A program made the translations under genes and the position numbers. A model generated the notes under the pieces. The model had not been told where the DNA came from and did not search any database. It saw only the letters and a list, made by a program, of their open reading frames with translations. Source: Azolla caroliniana (Eukaryota; Plantae; Polypodiophyta). Taken from it: a stretch of DNA of 64,000 nt. The DNA lies in NCBI GenBank assembly GCA_043228905.1, contig JBHGNT010000013.1, positions 10,292,001 to 10,356,000 on the forward strand. Direction: 5' to 3'. The number at the start of each line of letters is the position of its first letter. Position 1 is the first letter of the stretch. Shown piece after piece: positions 39,072-52,100 of the stretch.

Positions 39072-41813
39072 ATGCCAACCTCCATTGCCTTTGGTCTTGC
39101 CATGACCCCTCCTCATCCAGACCATTCATCAGACATGGAGAGCTTTGCCAATCTTCGTCCTAGATTCTCTACAACCACCTTGCCCTGTTCCATGCATTAT
39201 ACTCCCAATCAAACCAAACGGACAAGGAATCTGCTTCAATGGAAGGCCAATTTGAGCCTAGAAGGAGATCAAAGAATCTCTTATAGATCCTCAGAGGAGA
39301 GAGTCTATGATGTTGTTCTGAAGCAAGCTGCTCTCATGGCAAAGAGAGCTACAGAGACCACTTCTACTACGTCTTCTTCTTCTTCTTCTTCTTCTTCTTC
39401 TTCTGGCATAAGCAGTCCTAACAAGGAAAGGATAACAGGTTGGGAAGAGTCTGGCTTAGGCTCTCTCTCTGACATTTCGGCTCAAGTTCTCGATGATGCA
39501 TACACCCGATGTGGTGAGGTTTGTGCCGAATACGCCAAAACATTCTACCTTGGTGAGTACACACACGCCAATTGTTAATCATTATATCTTCCTTTACATG
39601 ATCCTTTTGAAATTTGGGTATTTAATCTGTAGACGTATATTGGATCCTATTGAATCCTCTATTTTTGTGGTTAAATAGTTCCCAACCTTTGTGGCTATAT
39701 GTGGTTTTGTATTGTGATTTATGGTGGATTTCCAAGGGAGTGATGTTCATCTTTTATGTGAAATATTAGGGACAATGCTTATGACGCCTGAGCGGCAACG
39801 CGCTATCTGGGCCATCTATGGTAAGCTACTTTCTCCATGTCTCAAAATTTATACTCTGGACGAAGCGAGGTTGAGGGCTATGCTGAGTGATATGGGTTTG
39901 GGTATCACAAATGTTTTGCATGTAGGAAAGAGCCCAAAGTCGCCTGCCCATGTTTGGCTAGGACCAAGGTCCCCCCTCTGCCTCTTACCATGCTTGTACC
40001 TTGGAAAGTAGAAGTTGACCTTGAAAGAGAGATGAACCATGAACTTACCACAGAGAGAGGAACCTCTAAATGCCAAAAGAAGATAGAAAGTGTTGCACAA
40101 ACTAGGTCTCTAACTCTACTTATACCATTAACCAACTCTAGGACCATGTTGCCTTCCAAACTTCCTTGTGGGTGATTTACATTTTTGGATATATGTTCAT
40201 TATTATGTTGCAATTTTATATATATATATCTACCTGAGAAAGTCAGCTCATTGTTTGTCCATGACTTTTTCTTTATTTTGTTATTTCTGTAGTTTGGTGT
40301 AGGAGAACCGATGAGCTTGTTGATGGACCAAATGCAGCCCATATAACTCCGGCCGCTCTCGATCGATGGGAGAAAAGATTGGAGGATATTTTCAATGCAA
40401 AGCCGTACGACATGCTAGATGCTGCCCTTGCAGATGCAGTCCAAAAGTTCCCAGTGGACATCCAGGTCAGTGTCACATATGCATACAAGTATACATATCC
40501 ATATGTAAAGATTGCATTTTTATCTCGTGCAGTCTTATTATATATATATATACACAGAAACACACATTAGGATCATGATCATGAGCTCAAATATTTGTTG
40601 TAGCCTTTCCGCGACATGATTGAGGGCATGCGTATGGATCTTGTAAAAGCAAGATACGAGAATTTCAATGAGCTCTACATGTATTGCTACTACGTTGCGG
40701 GAACTGTAGGCTTGATGAGTGTTCCTGTGATGGGTATAGACCCTGAATGCAAAGCCACCACTGAAAGTGTCTACAATTCTGCCCTAGCTTTGGGAATTGC
40801 TAACCAACTAACCAATATCCTTCGAGATGTTGGAGAAGAGTAAGTCAGATCCTCTCTCACCATTTAGCTTTAAAGAGAACATGGAAATGAAATCTTTAAA
40901 GAGATCACAGAAACGAAAGTTATTGGGAAATTTTTGAAATGCCATTGGTTTTTCAGGAAATAATCCTAAACAAAGGTCATTTCAAGTTTATCACTTGTGT
41001 TCATGTTAGAAGGAAGATTTATATCTCATTCTCTTGTGCTTTTTCAGTGCTCAGCGTGGACGGATCTATCTCCCCAGGGATGAACTAGCACAATTTGGAC
41101 TTGGTGAAGAAGACATCTTTGCCGGCCAAGTTACTGATAAATGGAGATCTTTTATGAAAGATCAAATCAAGAGAGCTCGTGTGTTTTTTGATGAAGCTGA
41201 GAAAGGTGTCGTTGAACTCGATAAAGACAGCAGATGGCCGGTGTGTTATTTGTTTAAGCTAAAGAAATCAAGTATATGAAAACTTACAAGTTGTCATTTA
41301 TCTTATTGGAATTTTGATAAAATAAATGAAGTGAGCATATGAATATAAAACTCAGAATGTAAGCTAGAGAGAGAGAGAGAGAGAATAAATGGTAGACCCA
41401 AAACCCATGGGAGAAATCAATTCTTGACAGAAAGGTATGAACAGTTGAATAGATTTGAACTTTGTTGAGTGTGTAGATTACCTAAGCGGTAATCTATTTC
41501 AAAGCACTACACTAACTTCATTTTCTAGGCCACATTTTGTTATTACTGACTGTTACCTTTATCCCATTGAATAAACTTTTATGTGAAAATAATTGCTTTT
41601 GAATGTGCCTCACTGAGAAAATCTTACTTTCAGGTATGGGCCTCTTTGATTTTGTACCGACAAATTTTGGATTCGATTGAGGCGAATGATTATAACAACT
41701 TCACTAAGCGAGCTTATGTGGGTAAATGGAAAAAGATCCTTACATTGCCAGTTGCTTATGGACGAGCCTTGGTATATCCATCAATGGCTTCAATGCAAGT
41801 AGTCAGAAGTTGA
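39072..41813 (+). CDS. PSY: Phytoene synthase; exons 39072-39552, 39770-39820, 40293-40465, 40604-40839, 41048-41240, 41634-41813 (437 aa)
   Basis: [67 protein letters not shown]. All introns are GT-AG. Internal exon sizes 51/173/236/193 match the conserved PSY structure. Confidence 0.97.
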
Positions 41814-42768
41814 AAAGCCTTGATATAGGTGAGAAAAATCTCTAAAAATATAGGGATACTCTTCATGTATTATGATGATTCTCTAAGGCAAGCATCATGA
41901 AGTCATGTTTGATTGGCCTTTAAAGATTTTGAAATATATAATACATCAAAGGTCTGATCCTCATGTGTCATACATCCTTGTATTGAGCTTTCCATCATTT
42001 TTTGCCTTTACTATTTTGTAAAAGCTTTTGTTTTTTCGCATCTACTATTTTTGGCACCTTCCACCATATTTGGGGCTATTTTGGGAATCTGGTTTGGATC
42101 TTTTGGAACTCCGGTTATTCATTCTGAGCCAGTGGTTGTGACATATTGTATTTCGTCCAATTCCTCTTGTACATATTCAGATTCTTCCCAATTTGTTTTT
42201 GCGAACGTTTTGTCCCATGTTGAAAGTGATTACTCAATAATCATACCATTTCATTGTAGACATGTTTAAAAAATCTACATGTCTTTGTAATATGAAATAT
42301 TTACATATTGCATGATGATGATTGGTGTCCAAGTGTTTGGATTTAGATTGACCTTGGTTAGGTTTTTCCAAGTCCAAGATTGAGTTGCATATCTCAGGTT
42401 TCAAAGATCTGGATGATCAATAAAAAGTCAAAATGTGAAAGAAATATGAAGATCATTTTTCAACACTCAGTAAGAGATTAGAAGAATCATATTTGAAGAT
42501 CCAAGCATCACAAACTTTGGATTCTGGCTGAAAATTAATTTATCAAAACATTATATTGCAGCAGTGGAAATATAAATAATTTCGCAGGTATCCTAAGGCA
42601 CTTCTACGAACACCCTCTCATCAACAAAAGTGTAAATGATTATCTTTCATGAAAGTTTTATATGTTTTTTATATGCATAAACTGAAAGCTCAAATAGTAG
42701 ATGCAAAAGATGAGGAATGATCATAAGTTGCTTTATTGAACTCTTCACAATTCGCCATGATATTTTTG

Positions 42769-44395
42769 GAAGCTCTTAATGTGAGGACTGATGATCTTCT
42801 GAATGAGGAATATGAATTTAAAATGGAAGCTCGTAATGTGAGGACTAAGGATATTCTGAATGAGGAATATGAATTTAAAAAACTGACTGTTTGAGACAAG
42901 AAGTGCATGCATGCAAAGTGAATTCGGGGTTGAGTTCAAACAAAACATTATTAACAAAATATGATGTGATGCAATATCGTTTATCAGCAAACTTAGTGAG
43001 GGCAGAGCAGTGTAGGGCGGAGCAGTGTTTACATAAACATTAAAACAGTAAGCATCTCTTCTTTTTTCATTTACAAAACGAATTTTCAGTTAGGGCTGTA
43101 TATATTTTCTCTATAGAAGTTCTTTGATTATTTACTCTGAGCAAAAGAGAGCTTCAGACATTAAACGAAGAAACTGGTTCTATATCAAATGGACAATCTG
43201 AAATCACATGTCAAAACAATTGGAATGGCATTGATTTTTGGGTCTACCACCATTAAAAACACATGAAAGAGACATGTGCCTGTGTGACAATATTATTGAT
43301 GCTAACATCCTCAAGGAGAAAATGTGAATGTTTTGAGTCAAGAGAGCATATGACAAAATGAAAATGAAAATCAGACCATGAGCTCCATGATTGATGTACA
43401 AGGTTGATGGGAAATGTAGTATTGGCATTCTTAAAACTATTTATTTGGATTGTTTTTATATGGTAGTGACGTGTTGTTATTGTGCATGATTGTTTACCAA
43501 CATCTCCACTCATGTCGATATATATGGACATTAGATGAAGTGTAAGTGCCAAGACCGGTGTTGTCGTTAAATTGTCAAAGGTTAGTAATAATAGCAAAGG
43601 ATTGTACACAGATGACTAAGGATCTCCTAAATGAGGAAGATGAATTTTTAAAAATATATGTTTGAGACAAGTATAGGCAAAACATTGAAAGATGCATCAT
43701 TAGATTGGAAGTTTAGTTCAAACAAATATTACTAGCAAAATACAATATGGTGCATGTCTTTTATCAAATTCAACTATGGATTAGTGAGTTTTGACATAAC
43801 AAACACAAAGGGACTTTCCCATAAAAACAATAACAAATATGCATCCCTTCTTTATTTATTTACAAAAGACCTTTCCAAAGATGGCCGTATATATTTTCTC
43901 TAGAAAAGTTCTATGAATATTTACTCTGAGCAAAAGAGCACCACCACGTAGACATTAATGGAAGAAACTAGCTCTATATCAAAAGGACAACCTATAATCA
44001 TGTCCAGCAATTGGAGTGTCATTGTTTTTGTGTCAATGATCATTAAAACACATGGAAGAGAGATGTTCCTCCCTATATGACAATATTAATAATGATGCTA
44101 AAATCTTCAAAATGCAGAAAACGGCAATGTTTATGTTAATCTAGAGTGTATGATAAAATGAAAATCAAACGAGAGTTTGGACTGTAGCAGGCTCCATGAT
44201 TGATGTAGAAGGTCGATGGGAAAATGTGGTATTCACATTTTGAAACTTTGTTTGGATTGTTTTACGTGGTGTTGACATGCAATGTTATTGTGCATGATTG
44301 TTTGCCAATATCATCACTAAATTTGATATACATGGTCCTTAGGTGAAGTCTTTAGTGCAAAAACCTGAGTTTTAGTTGCTAAACTGTAAAGATCG
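42769..44395. repeat. Diverged tandem duplication of about 770 bp (about 42840-43610 and 43610-44395), preceded by a 57-bp repeat
   Basis: Colinear anchors in both units: TGTTTGAGACAAG, AGTTCAAACAAA, TTTACTCTGAGCAAAAGAG, GCTCCATGATTGATGTA, TGTTATTGTGCATGATTGTTT. Confidence 0.8.
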
Positions 44396-45416
44396 TCTAC
44401 ATGGAAGTTTTTTTATTTTACTAGGAATGCAAATATAGTCATAGAAAAGAATACACAGAGATCAAACAAGTGCTTATCTTATTTTGGGAAAAACATATAA
44501 CTGTCATGTGGAGTGCAGTGTTTCACCCGATCACCATCAACTTCTTTCCCTGGAACTCCTAATTAATAAGCGTTTGTTTATTAATTAATCTTCTTGCTAA
44601 AAATTATAATCAACTTCTTATTTTAAGATTTCATAATATCCTGAAATAGCCATCTTAGTTATCTTTGCATTTCAAGCATCGACTTTTAACATCCACGAAA
44701 CATGAGCTAGTAGGCCTATGATATCATTTATCATTTGGTGATCTTGGTATATGCTGGTTAAATCGGGCCCGTTATAAGAAGCAGCATCGTGGGCATCATA
44801 TGTTCGTTCCTCTGTAGTTTGTTGTGTCTTCTGAGAGGAAGAAGAGGCAACTAATGGACAGATACATGCATGAATACAAGTTGCACGACTGAGGCAGACA
44901 CCTGATCATTAAATAGAAGGATGGGAGAATTGGCAAAGTGTTAATATTTATGTGGACCTACTAGCCTAGTTCTGTTAAGCCAGTGCACTTCAAATATCCC
45001 ATGAATGGTATATACTTTTAAAATTACCTGAGCTAATATCCACCTAGTTAGCTTCGTACATTGCTGAAACGCAAAAGTATTAAATGAAGAGGAAAGCAAT
45101 GAACTGAAATATCAAAATCTACTTTCCTATATTCATAATCATATATAGCCCATGACAATATGTCCATTTTTAAGACAATGAAAGAGCTTCTAGGTTCTGG
45201 TTAGGGTCAAGTAAACAACAATTTGGATGCCCATCCAGTTTTATGATGCTTTTAATGATGAAAATTTCAAGGAAATGTATCAAAACAGTTCAGGAGAACT
45301 TTAACGATAAAACCAGTTCCAAACTCTCAAAGATTGATTGTCTCAAGAAGCCATAATGTTTTGCAATAAACAAGCTATACGCCTTAAAATTACTGGAAAA
45401 GAAAGGCATATTGAAT

Positions 45417-47810
45417 TCAGCTTACAGAGATCTTTGTGGGAGTATCACGAGAACCAACATCTGATGACCGATCGGATTCCGCCTCCGCTTCAGACTCAGC
45501 CTCAGCTTCAGCAGTATTTGATTTAGTATCTTCAACATCATCAGAAGCACTATCTTCATCGGTTTTACGATTTGAGGCATATGCATTATTGGGTCTTGGT
45601 TTCATACTTCTCATAAATGAATCAAGAACCTGTAGTAAGTCTTCTTGCATTGCTTTCTTTCTCCCCCCGAAGTACTTTAATTTCTTCCGAATGTTTGCAA
45701 TTGTATTGATATCATATTGCCTGTTGGCATTTCGCAAGATGACTGAGACTTCATCAAACATGTCTTGTGTGGGTTTAATTCCAGCTCCCCTCATCTGTTC
45801 ATATAGTTTCAGGGCCATTTTCTGATCTTTTGCTCTAGAATAAGCTGCCATTATAGCCTTATACTCAAGAGGGCTATGACTTCTCCCCGACTCCGGAATT
45901 TTACAGAAGAATTCATACGCACTGGGTAGTTTTTCAGCCAGATCAAGACAAGTTATTAATTCAGCATTTGTGATAGAATCAGGATGAAACCCTGCTTCCT
46001 GCATCTCTTGTAGAATATCCATAGCTCTCTTGCCTTGACGATCCCTCGCAAAGGCTTGTATTAATGGGGAATAAGACGCTGCATTTGGCTCCAAATGTGC
46101 TTCGCGAATTCGAACAAACATCTCTTCAGCTCGTGTTATATCACGAGCTAGAACATAATGTCTAATCATCATATTAAACATTGGAACAGTAAACTTGATC
46201 CCATCTCTTTGCATCTCTTCAAACAATTCATCCACCAAGGAAGCTGTCCTTTCGATAGACAATCTAGACTTCAAAATTCTCTGAATCATGACCATACAGC
46301 TGTATACGTCATGTTTAAAACCAGCTCTATTTTTCACCCAATGGAAAAAAGGCCAGGAAGTATCCAGATTCCTGAGCCTCCTGAGTACCTCTAATACAAG
46401 GGAACTTCGCCATTGCACATTTGCTTCTTCCAATACTGTTTCTACTTCAGCATTCCAAGTATGAAGAGCTTGCGCAAATGCATTAATATCAAAACCCACA
46501 TGTGGGCTAGTTGCATCTCTCCATTCACCCATCAGAGAATCTAAGATATCCTCTGACATACCACTACCTGACTCCTCAGTTGTTTGCCCTTCTTCATTAA
46601 CACTAATCTCACTGTTATCCTCGTGCCAAATTTCTCCCTTTAAAACAGCTGCTTGCTCTGTTTTGCCTGCTACTTCAAAAGCTTTTATCACAGGAATAAG
46701 CCTCTTACTAGGTCTATGAAATCGCTCTCTCATTTCATTGAGAAACTCTTCCACTTTCTCAAGGTTTTCTTCTTTTAGGTATCCATTAATAATGAACTCA
46801 TACGCAACCCTACCAGGTACTACATATAGCTTTTGCATTATCTCTAAGATTTTTACAGCAGCTCGGAGCCTTCCTGCATCAGCAAGATGTTGTATTAACA
46901 GCGTATATAGACGCCCATTTGGTAGACATTCTTCAGTGAGCATCGTCTCATACACAAGAGGTATTTTAGTAAATCTCTTCGACCTTATAAGATAGTCAAG
47001 ATAGGCAGTATATATGCCTAAAGATGGTTTCTTTCCTTCAAGCTTCAGTTTCCTCCATTGATAAACAACAGTAGAAGAATCCACAACTCTTGCAGACCAA
47101 TGCATTATACAACCGATAATTACCGGTGTGATAGTAAGTCCATCCTTTTGCATCTCGGCAAAGAGTTCATGCATTTCAGACATATGCCCACCCTTCCCAA
47201 GAGTATTCAGCATGACACCATAGGTGAATTCTGTATGCTTGAACCCAGCTTGGCCTTTGAGCCAATTGAAAAAACCTAAAGAAACATTGAGAGGGAAGCA
47301 TACTCTGAGGACCTGAGTGACGAGCTGAGAGTCATACTGAATCAATAGAGCTTCCAACGCTCCTGTAGTTTCTTCATTCCAATCCCCCTTTTTCAAAATA
47401 GCCACAATACTCTCGACCAATTTAGCTCTTTCAAAAACAAGAGAAATCCCAACCTCTGAAGGAATCTTCTCCTTTCTCTCTTTCTTTGGTTTCCCTTGAA
47501 CTTCAGCCGTTTCAACTTCTTCAGTTATAGTTTCCGAAATGTTTTTGACATCATCTAGACCTGCTTCTGCCTCTACATGATGAACGTCATTCTCCAAAGC
47601 TACCGAAAGCCGTCTAAAATGAAAAGATTCGCAGCAGTCTGGAACATAGCATTTATCAGAGAGCCTCTCCTTGAATGGCCTATTTCTTGTTAATTCTGAT
47701 CCATTGAGAAATCCATTATTACATCTCACAGACCATGTCGAAACAAACCTAGCTCGCCCAGAAGCTCCCAATAAGCTCCTTAAAATCAAGCCATATCGCA
47801 GGTGTCCCAT
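45417..47810 (-). CDS. P-class pentatricopeptide repeat protein (797 aa), probably mitochondrial
   Basis: Intact ORF with 35-aa PPR repeats (e.g. FNMMIRHYVLARDITRAEEMFVRIREAHLEPNAAS) and an Arg/Ser-rich presequence. Putative 5' UTR intron 47811-47971. Confidence 0.93.
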   Translation of the reverse strand: MGHLRYGLILRSLLGASGRARFVSTWSVRCNNGFLNGSELTRNRPFKERLSDKCYVPDCCESFHFRRLSVALENDVHHVEAEAGLDDVKNISETITEEVETAEVQGKPKKERKEKIPSEVGISLVFERAKLVESIVAILKKGDWNEETTGALEALLIQYDSQLVTQVLRVCFPLNVSLGFFNWLKGQAGFKHTEFTYGVMLNTLGKGGHMSEMHELFAEMQKDGLTITPVIIGCIMHWSARVVDSSTVVYQWRKLKLEGKKPSLGIYTAYLDYLIRSKRFTKIPLVYETMLTEECLPNGRLYTLLIQHLADAGRLRAAVKILEIMQKLYVVPGRVAYEFIINGYLKEENLEKVEEFLNEMRERFHRPSKRLIPVIKAFEVAGKTEQAAVLKGEIWHEDNSEISVNEEGQTTEESGSGMSEDILDSLMGEWRDATSPHVGFDINAFAQALHTWNAEVETVLEEANVQWRSSLVLEVLRRLRNLDTSWPFFHWVKNRAGFKHDVYSCMVMIQRILKSRLSIERTASLVDELFEEMQRDGIKFTVPMFNMMIRHYVLARDITRAEEMFVRIREAHLEPNAASYSPLIQAFARDRQGKRAMDILQEMQEAGFHPDSITNAELITCLDLAEKLPSAYEFFCKIPESGRSHSPLEYKAIMAAYSRAKDQKMALKLYEQMRGAGIKPTQDMFDEVSVILRNANRQYDINTIANIRKKLKYFGGRKKAMQEDLLQVLDSFMRSMKPRPNNAYASNRKTDEDSASDDVEDTKSNTAEAEAESEAEAESDRSSDVGSRDTPTKISVS

Positions 47811-47849
47811 CTAAACCAATCGTTTCGTTAACAACATCAGACAACGCCT

Positions 47850-48195
47850 AAACCCTAATTATCGAATGGGCACGCATAGAGATAAAAAACAAAATCATAC
47901 ACAACAAAAGGCAAAGCGAATCACGAAGCAGAAAACAGTGCAGAGTAAGGAAAAGGAGTAATGCAGCTTACCTCTTCAATCAAGCAGTATATAAAAGAAT
48001 ACGGGCGAGTTTGAAAGACCCTCTACGCAGAGAGCGCCTCCGCCTCCGACATCGACATCGCCATCGCCAGAAGAGGAAGCAGAGAAATTAGAGTGCAGTA
48101 TGTATGTACATACAGAACAGAACAGAACAGAACAGAACAGAGGGGGGTCTGTCTCTGTTCAGGTGAACCCTAAACCCAAACCCAAACCCAAACCC
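47850..48195. promoter_or_regulatory. Telo-box-like motifs in the PPR leader and promoter
   Basis: AAACCCTAA at 47850-47858; AACCCTAA followed by (AAACCC)n at 48166-48195. Confidence 0.5.
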
Positions 48196-48869
48196 AGAAG
48201 AGATACAAATATAAATATGTATAAATAAAATACTTCCTTTGTTAATCTTCTTCACTGGCCTGCCTCACTACTACTACTTACTACTTAGTTTAACTAGAAA
48301 AACAAAAACAAGAGAATCTTCGTGTCTCTTGTCTCTCTATCTTTGTGTCTCTTCTCTCCGTCTTGTTCCGTTGCCTCTTAATGAACCGCTTACTAAATCC
48401 ACCTCTCATCCATCGCTAGCATAACTCGAAGGGATGTTGTTAAAGAGGCATTACGCGATTATTAACACATTATGTATATGCCTACACACGCCTTTCCTTT
48501 CCTCTCTTGAGGCATCGATCATAGATGCCCCGTCCCTCAACTCCTACACCCTCCTCCTCCCTCTCCATCTCATCCACTCATTGTCATTAAGGACATATTC
48601 CCCCTTGCGACTTTGTGTATCTACTAGGCATCGTTAACAAGTTTTGTCCTAAGGAGGCAAAAGGCCAAAAAGAATAACATCAGAAAGGACATAATCCATA
48701 ATGCCCTTGGGTATTATGGACTGAAGTGCCCAATTTTACTCTTGTTTGCTTGCCTTTGACACAATCAATGCTCATTGAATTCTAACTTCCAGGTTTGCAT
48801 TCCTTTCAATAATCCTTGATTTGATAACATTTTCAAGGATTTGTCACCAGCATGTCCCAAGCACATACG

Positions 48870-49088
48870 CCAAAGTCCAGTCAAAACATGAGTCTCGATG
48901 GAAGCCGTTACTTTGTAACCTTCATCGACGACTTCACTCGGCACACGTGGGTATGCACGATCGCGAAGAAGAGCGAAGTCTTCGCATGTTTCCTGAAGGT
49001 GAAGAGCCTTGCGGAAAGGGAAACAGGGCGTAAGATCAAATGCCTACGGTCCAATGGCGGGAAGGAGTACTTCTCCGACCAGTTCACC
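48870..49088 (+). mobile_element. Inverted copy of the Copia integrase core
   Basis: SRYFVTFIDDFTRHTWVCTIAKKSEVF...GGKEYFSDQFT is highly similar to 57305-57510 on the opposite strand. Confidence 0.88.
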
Positions 49089-49114
49089 CAGCTGCTGAGG
49101 ACTTCAACCCTTGT

Positions 49115-52100
49115 GCTTTGATACCATGTAAAAGAATATGTGTGCGGAAGCATGTGCATAAACACAGAGTACATAGTTCGGTAAACGCAGAAAACACAGA
49201 GATGGAGAGGGAGAGGGAGAGAGAGAGAGAGAGAGAGACAGAGAGCAGACACACAACTCTATTCAAAATAATTCTTTGTCTGTACATCCTTTGTGCTCAG
49301 TGAGCACATTTTATACAAGCCCTGACAATTGGGCTGACACAAATACTGACAGTACTTGACTACTCATAAATGAGCCGACTACACACACTCCCAAATTTAT
49401 TCCTTACGAGGAATAACTTCCTAACGGCCTCTCAGTTTACGCACCGCTACGGCCTATTGTGCGCACGGTTTTACGCACCGAATGTTGAGCTTGTCTCTCA
49501 ACACTCCCCCTCAAGCTCAACTTGAGGTTCCGTCCGCTCTTCCAGATCTACGCTCCTGTTGCTTCTGGCTTCACGCCTCACTCGCGCTCCTCGACCCGTT
49601 TGATTCCGCGTGCTTCGACCATTCCGGTCGACTTGTCTGCTCGTTCGACCCTTCTCAGCTCCCTTGCTGTCACGGTGTTGGTGCGTCCTTCGCTGCCCTT
49701 TTCTCCGCTTGGCCCTCAATCGATTCATAATAACCGAATCGAACATTTCGATTGAATCGAATGTTTCCGATTCAATTCAGCTTTCATCCGAATTGGCTAT
49801 CTCCAATTCGTCTTGAGTCTTCATGCCTTTGACAACTTCTGACCACGTCTTCGTCTTGGCCTTATCTCCCCCTGATTCAGCTATCTTCGACTCTTTCCTA
49901 CAATTACGGCCCTTGCTTCTTTCTTCAGCTTCTTTAGCTGGTTCGAAATTGAATTCTTCGTCTGATTCCTCATCACGGTCTCTTCCGTCGTGATGAACAT
50001 CTCCGCTCATTTCACGCTCTTGTTCTTTTTCTTCCTTTCTCCCCCTCAAGTTCGGCGTGTCGAGATTATGCAACCGTAGCTCACCCGAGAAATGCCGCAA
50101 CTTGTCGAGACCAAGAGGCTTGGTGAAGATGTCGGCAACCTGCCGATCCGTCGGAACATACGCTAGTTCGACTTCACTTGAAAGGACCCGCTCACGGACA
50201 AAATGGTAGTGCACCTCAATGTGTTTGGTCCGGGCGTGAAATACAGGGTTCTTTGCAAGGTGGATATTGTTGAGGTTGTCGCAATAGATCGTCGTCGGAT
50301 CGGACACATCTACATGCAGATCTCGTAATAGTCGTTTCAGCCAAATGACTTCGCACGTATCGACAGTCGCCCCTCCATATTCGGCCTCCGTGCTCGACAA
50401 TGCCATTGTTGGCTGCTTTTTGCTGCTCCACGCGATCGCCACACTTCCTAGTGAGAATGCGCATCCAAATGTGGATCTATGATCGTGGGCATTTTTGGCC
50501 CAATCAGCATCCGTGTAGCCAACTAACTGTGCGGCTACGCCTGCTCGATATAGTAATGCCATGTCTTTCGTGCCGCTTACATATTGCAATATCCTTTGCA
50601 CGCACTGAAAGTGTTCGGCCGTAGGTTGCGACATAAATTGACTGATTAAGCCGACTGGGTAGTCAAGATCCGGCCGAGTAATCGTCAAATAGATGAGGCT
50701 TCTAACAATTTGTCAAAACCGTGTTGGGTCGCACGCATTTCCCAAATCTTGGCGAAGCTTTACATTTCTGTCTAGAGGGGTCGAGATGGGCTTACAATTT
50801 GCCATCCCAAACTTGAAGAGCATATTCAGCATGTAATGACGTTGGCTGATCAATATGCCTTTGGGGGTATGGATCACTTCGATCCTGAGGAAGTAATGAA
50901 GGTCTCCAAGATTCTTCATTTCAAATGATGCCGCAAGTTGAGACTTTACACGATGGATTTCGTTCAGGTCGGCACCGGCGATGATTAAACCATCAACATA
51001 TAACAGAAGGCTTACCGGGCCGTGTTGACCTTGCTGAACAAATAATGAAGAGTCAGACTTTGATGTCGAAAACCCCATCTTACGCAACCGTTGCGTAATC
51101 TTTGCGTTCAAAGCTCGCAGGGCTTGCTTGAGTTCGTAACGTGACTTCTTCAGTCGGCAAACTGCCAAAGTGTTCTGTTCGGATAGAAATCTGGGGGGTT
51201 GTGCCATGTACACCTGTTCCTCAAGATTGCCATGCAGGAACGCGTTCTTTACATCCATTTGATGTAAATGCCACCCCTTCGCCGCTGTTACGACTAGCAG
51301 GACACACACGGTAGTCATCTTCGCGACCAGCGCGAAGGTCTCATCGTAATCCACGTCGTGCTTCTGCGCGTAGCCTTTCGCAACTAATCGGGCCTTATAT
51401 TGGTTGAAAGAGATGTCCGCGTTGTATGTGACCTTGTACACCCACCTACATCCAATTGGCTTCACACCCTTTGGTGCGTCAACCAGGTCCCACGTCTCAT
51501 TCTACGTTAAAGCGCGCATCTCTTCCTCCATTGAGGCACACCAATTTGCGTCTTTCGCCGCTTCTTCGTAGCTCTCCGGCTCACGCACTTCCGCCACTCA
51601 CGTCATGTGCGCATAATGGTGTGCCATGTATTCATTATACGCGTATCTGTTCACGGGGTTCTTCAGGCGGGTAGATTGGCGTAATTCGTGATTACCTGAT
51701 TTCACGACCTTTTCGGCCGATTTTGACCTCTTCCGCGTAGGTTCCCTTACGATCAGCTCGATGTTAGATTTGGTCTGAACTAACTCGGCACTGCCGAAAT
51801 CGTACTCCGGCATTTTCTTCTTGCCCTTCTCCTTGTGTGTTAACCGTCTCCTCGATTCTTTACGCGGGGACATCACGATCAAGTCTCCACTACTCGCCGT
51901 CTCTTCAATATGTTGGCCATTTTAGCCCAACCCCTCATTTGGCCCACTTAGCCGAAATGAGATCAGACTCTCTCTCAGAGCTCCGATTTCCTCATCATGC
52001 AGAGGCATCTCAACCTCGCTGACTTCTTCCTCAGAATTTGGAATGGAGCTGTGAGGTATTGGAGGCAAAGGCAAGTACCACGAAGCGGATTCGTCGAACA

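Noticed and set aside
39553-41633. U12-type introns near the U6atac gene
   Set aside because: All PSY and AGC kinase introns have ordinary U2 GT-AG donors, with no RTATCCT signature.
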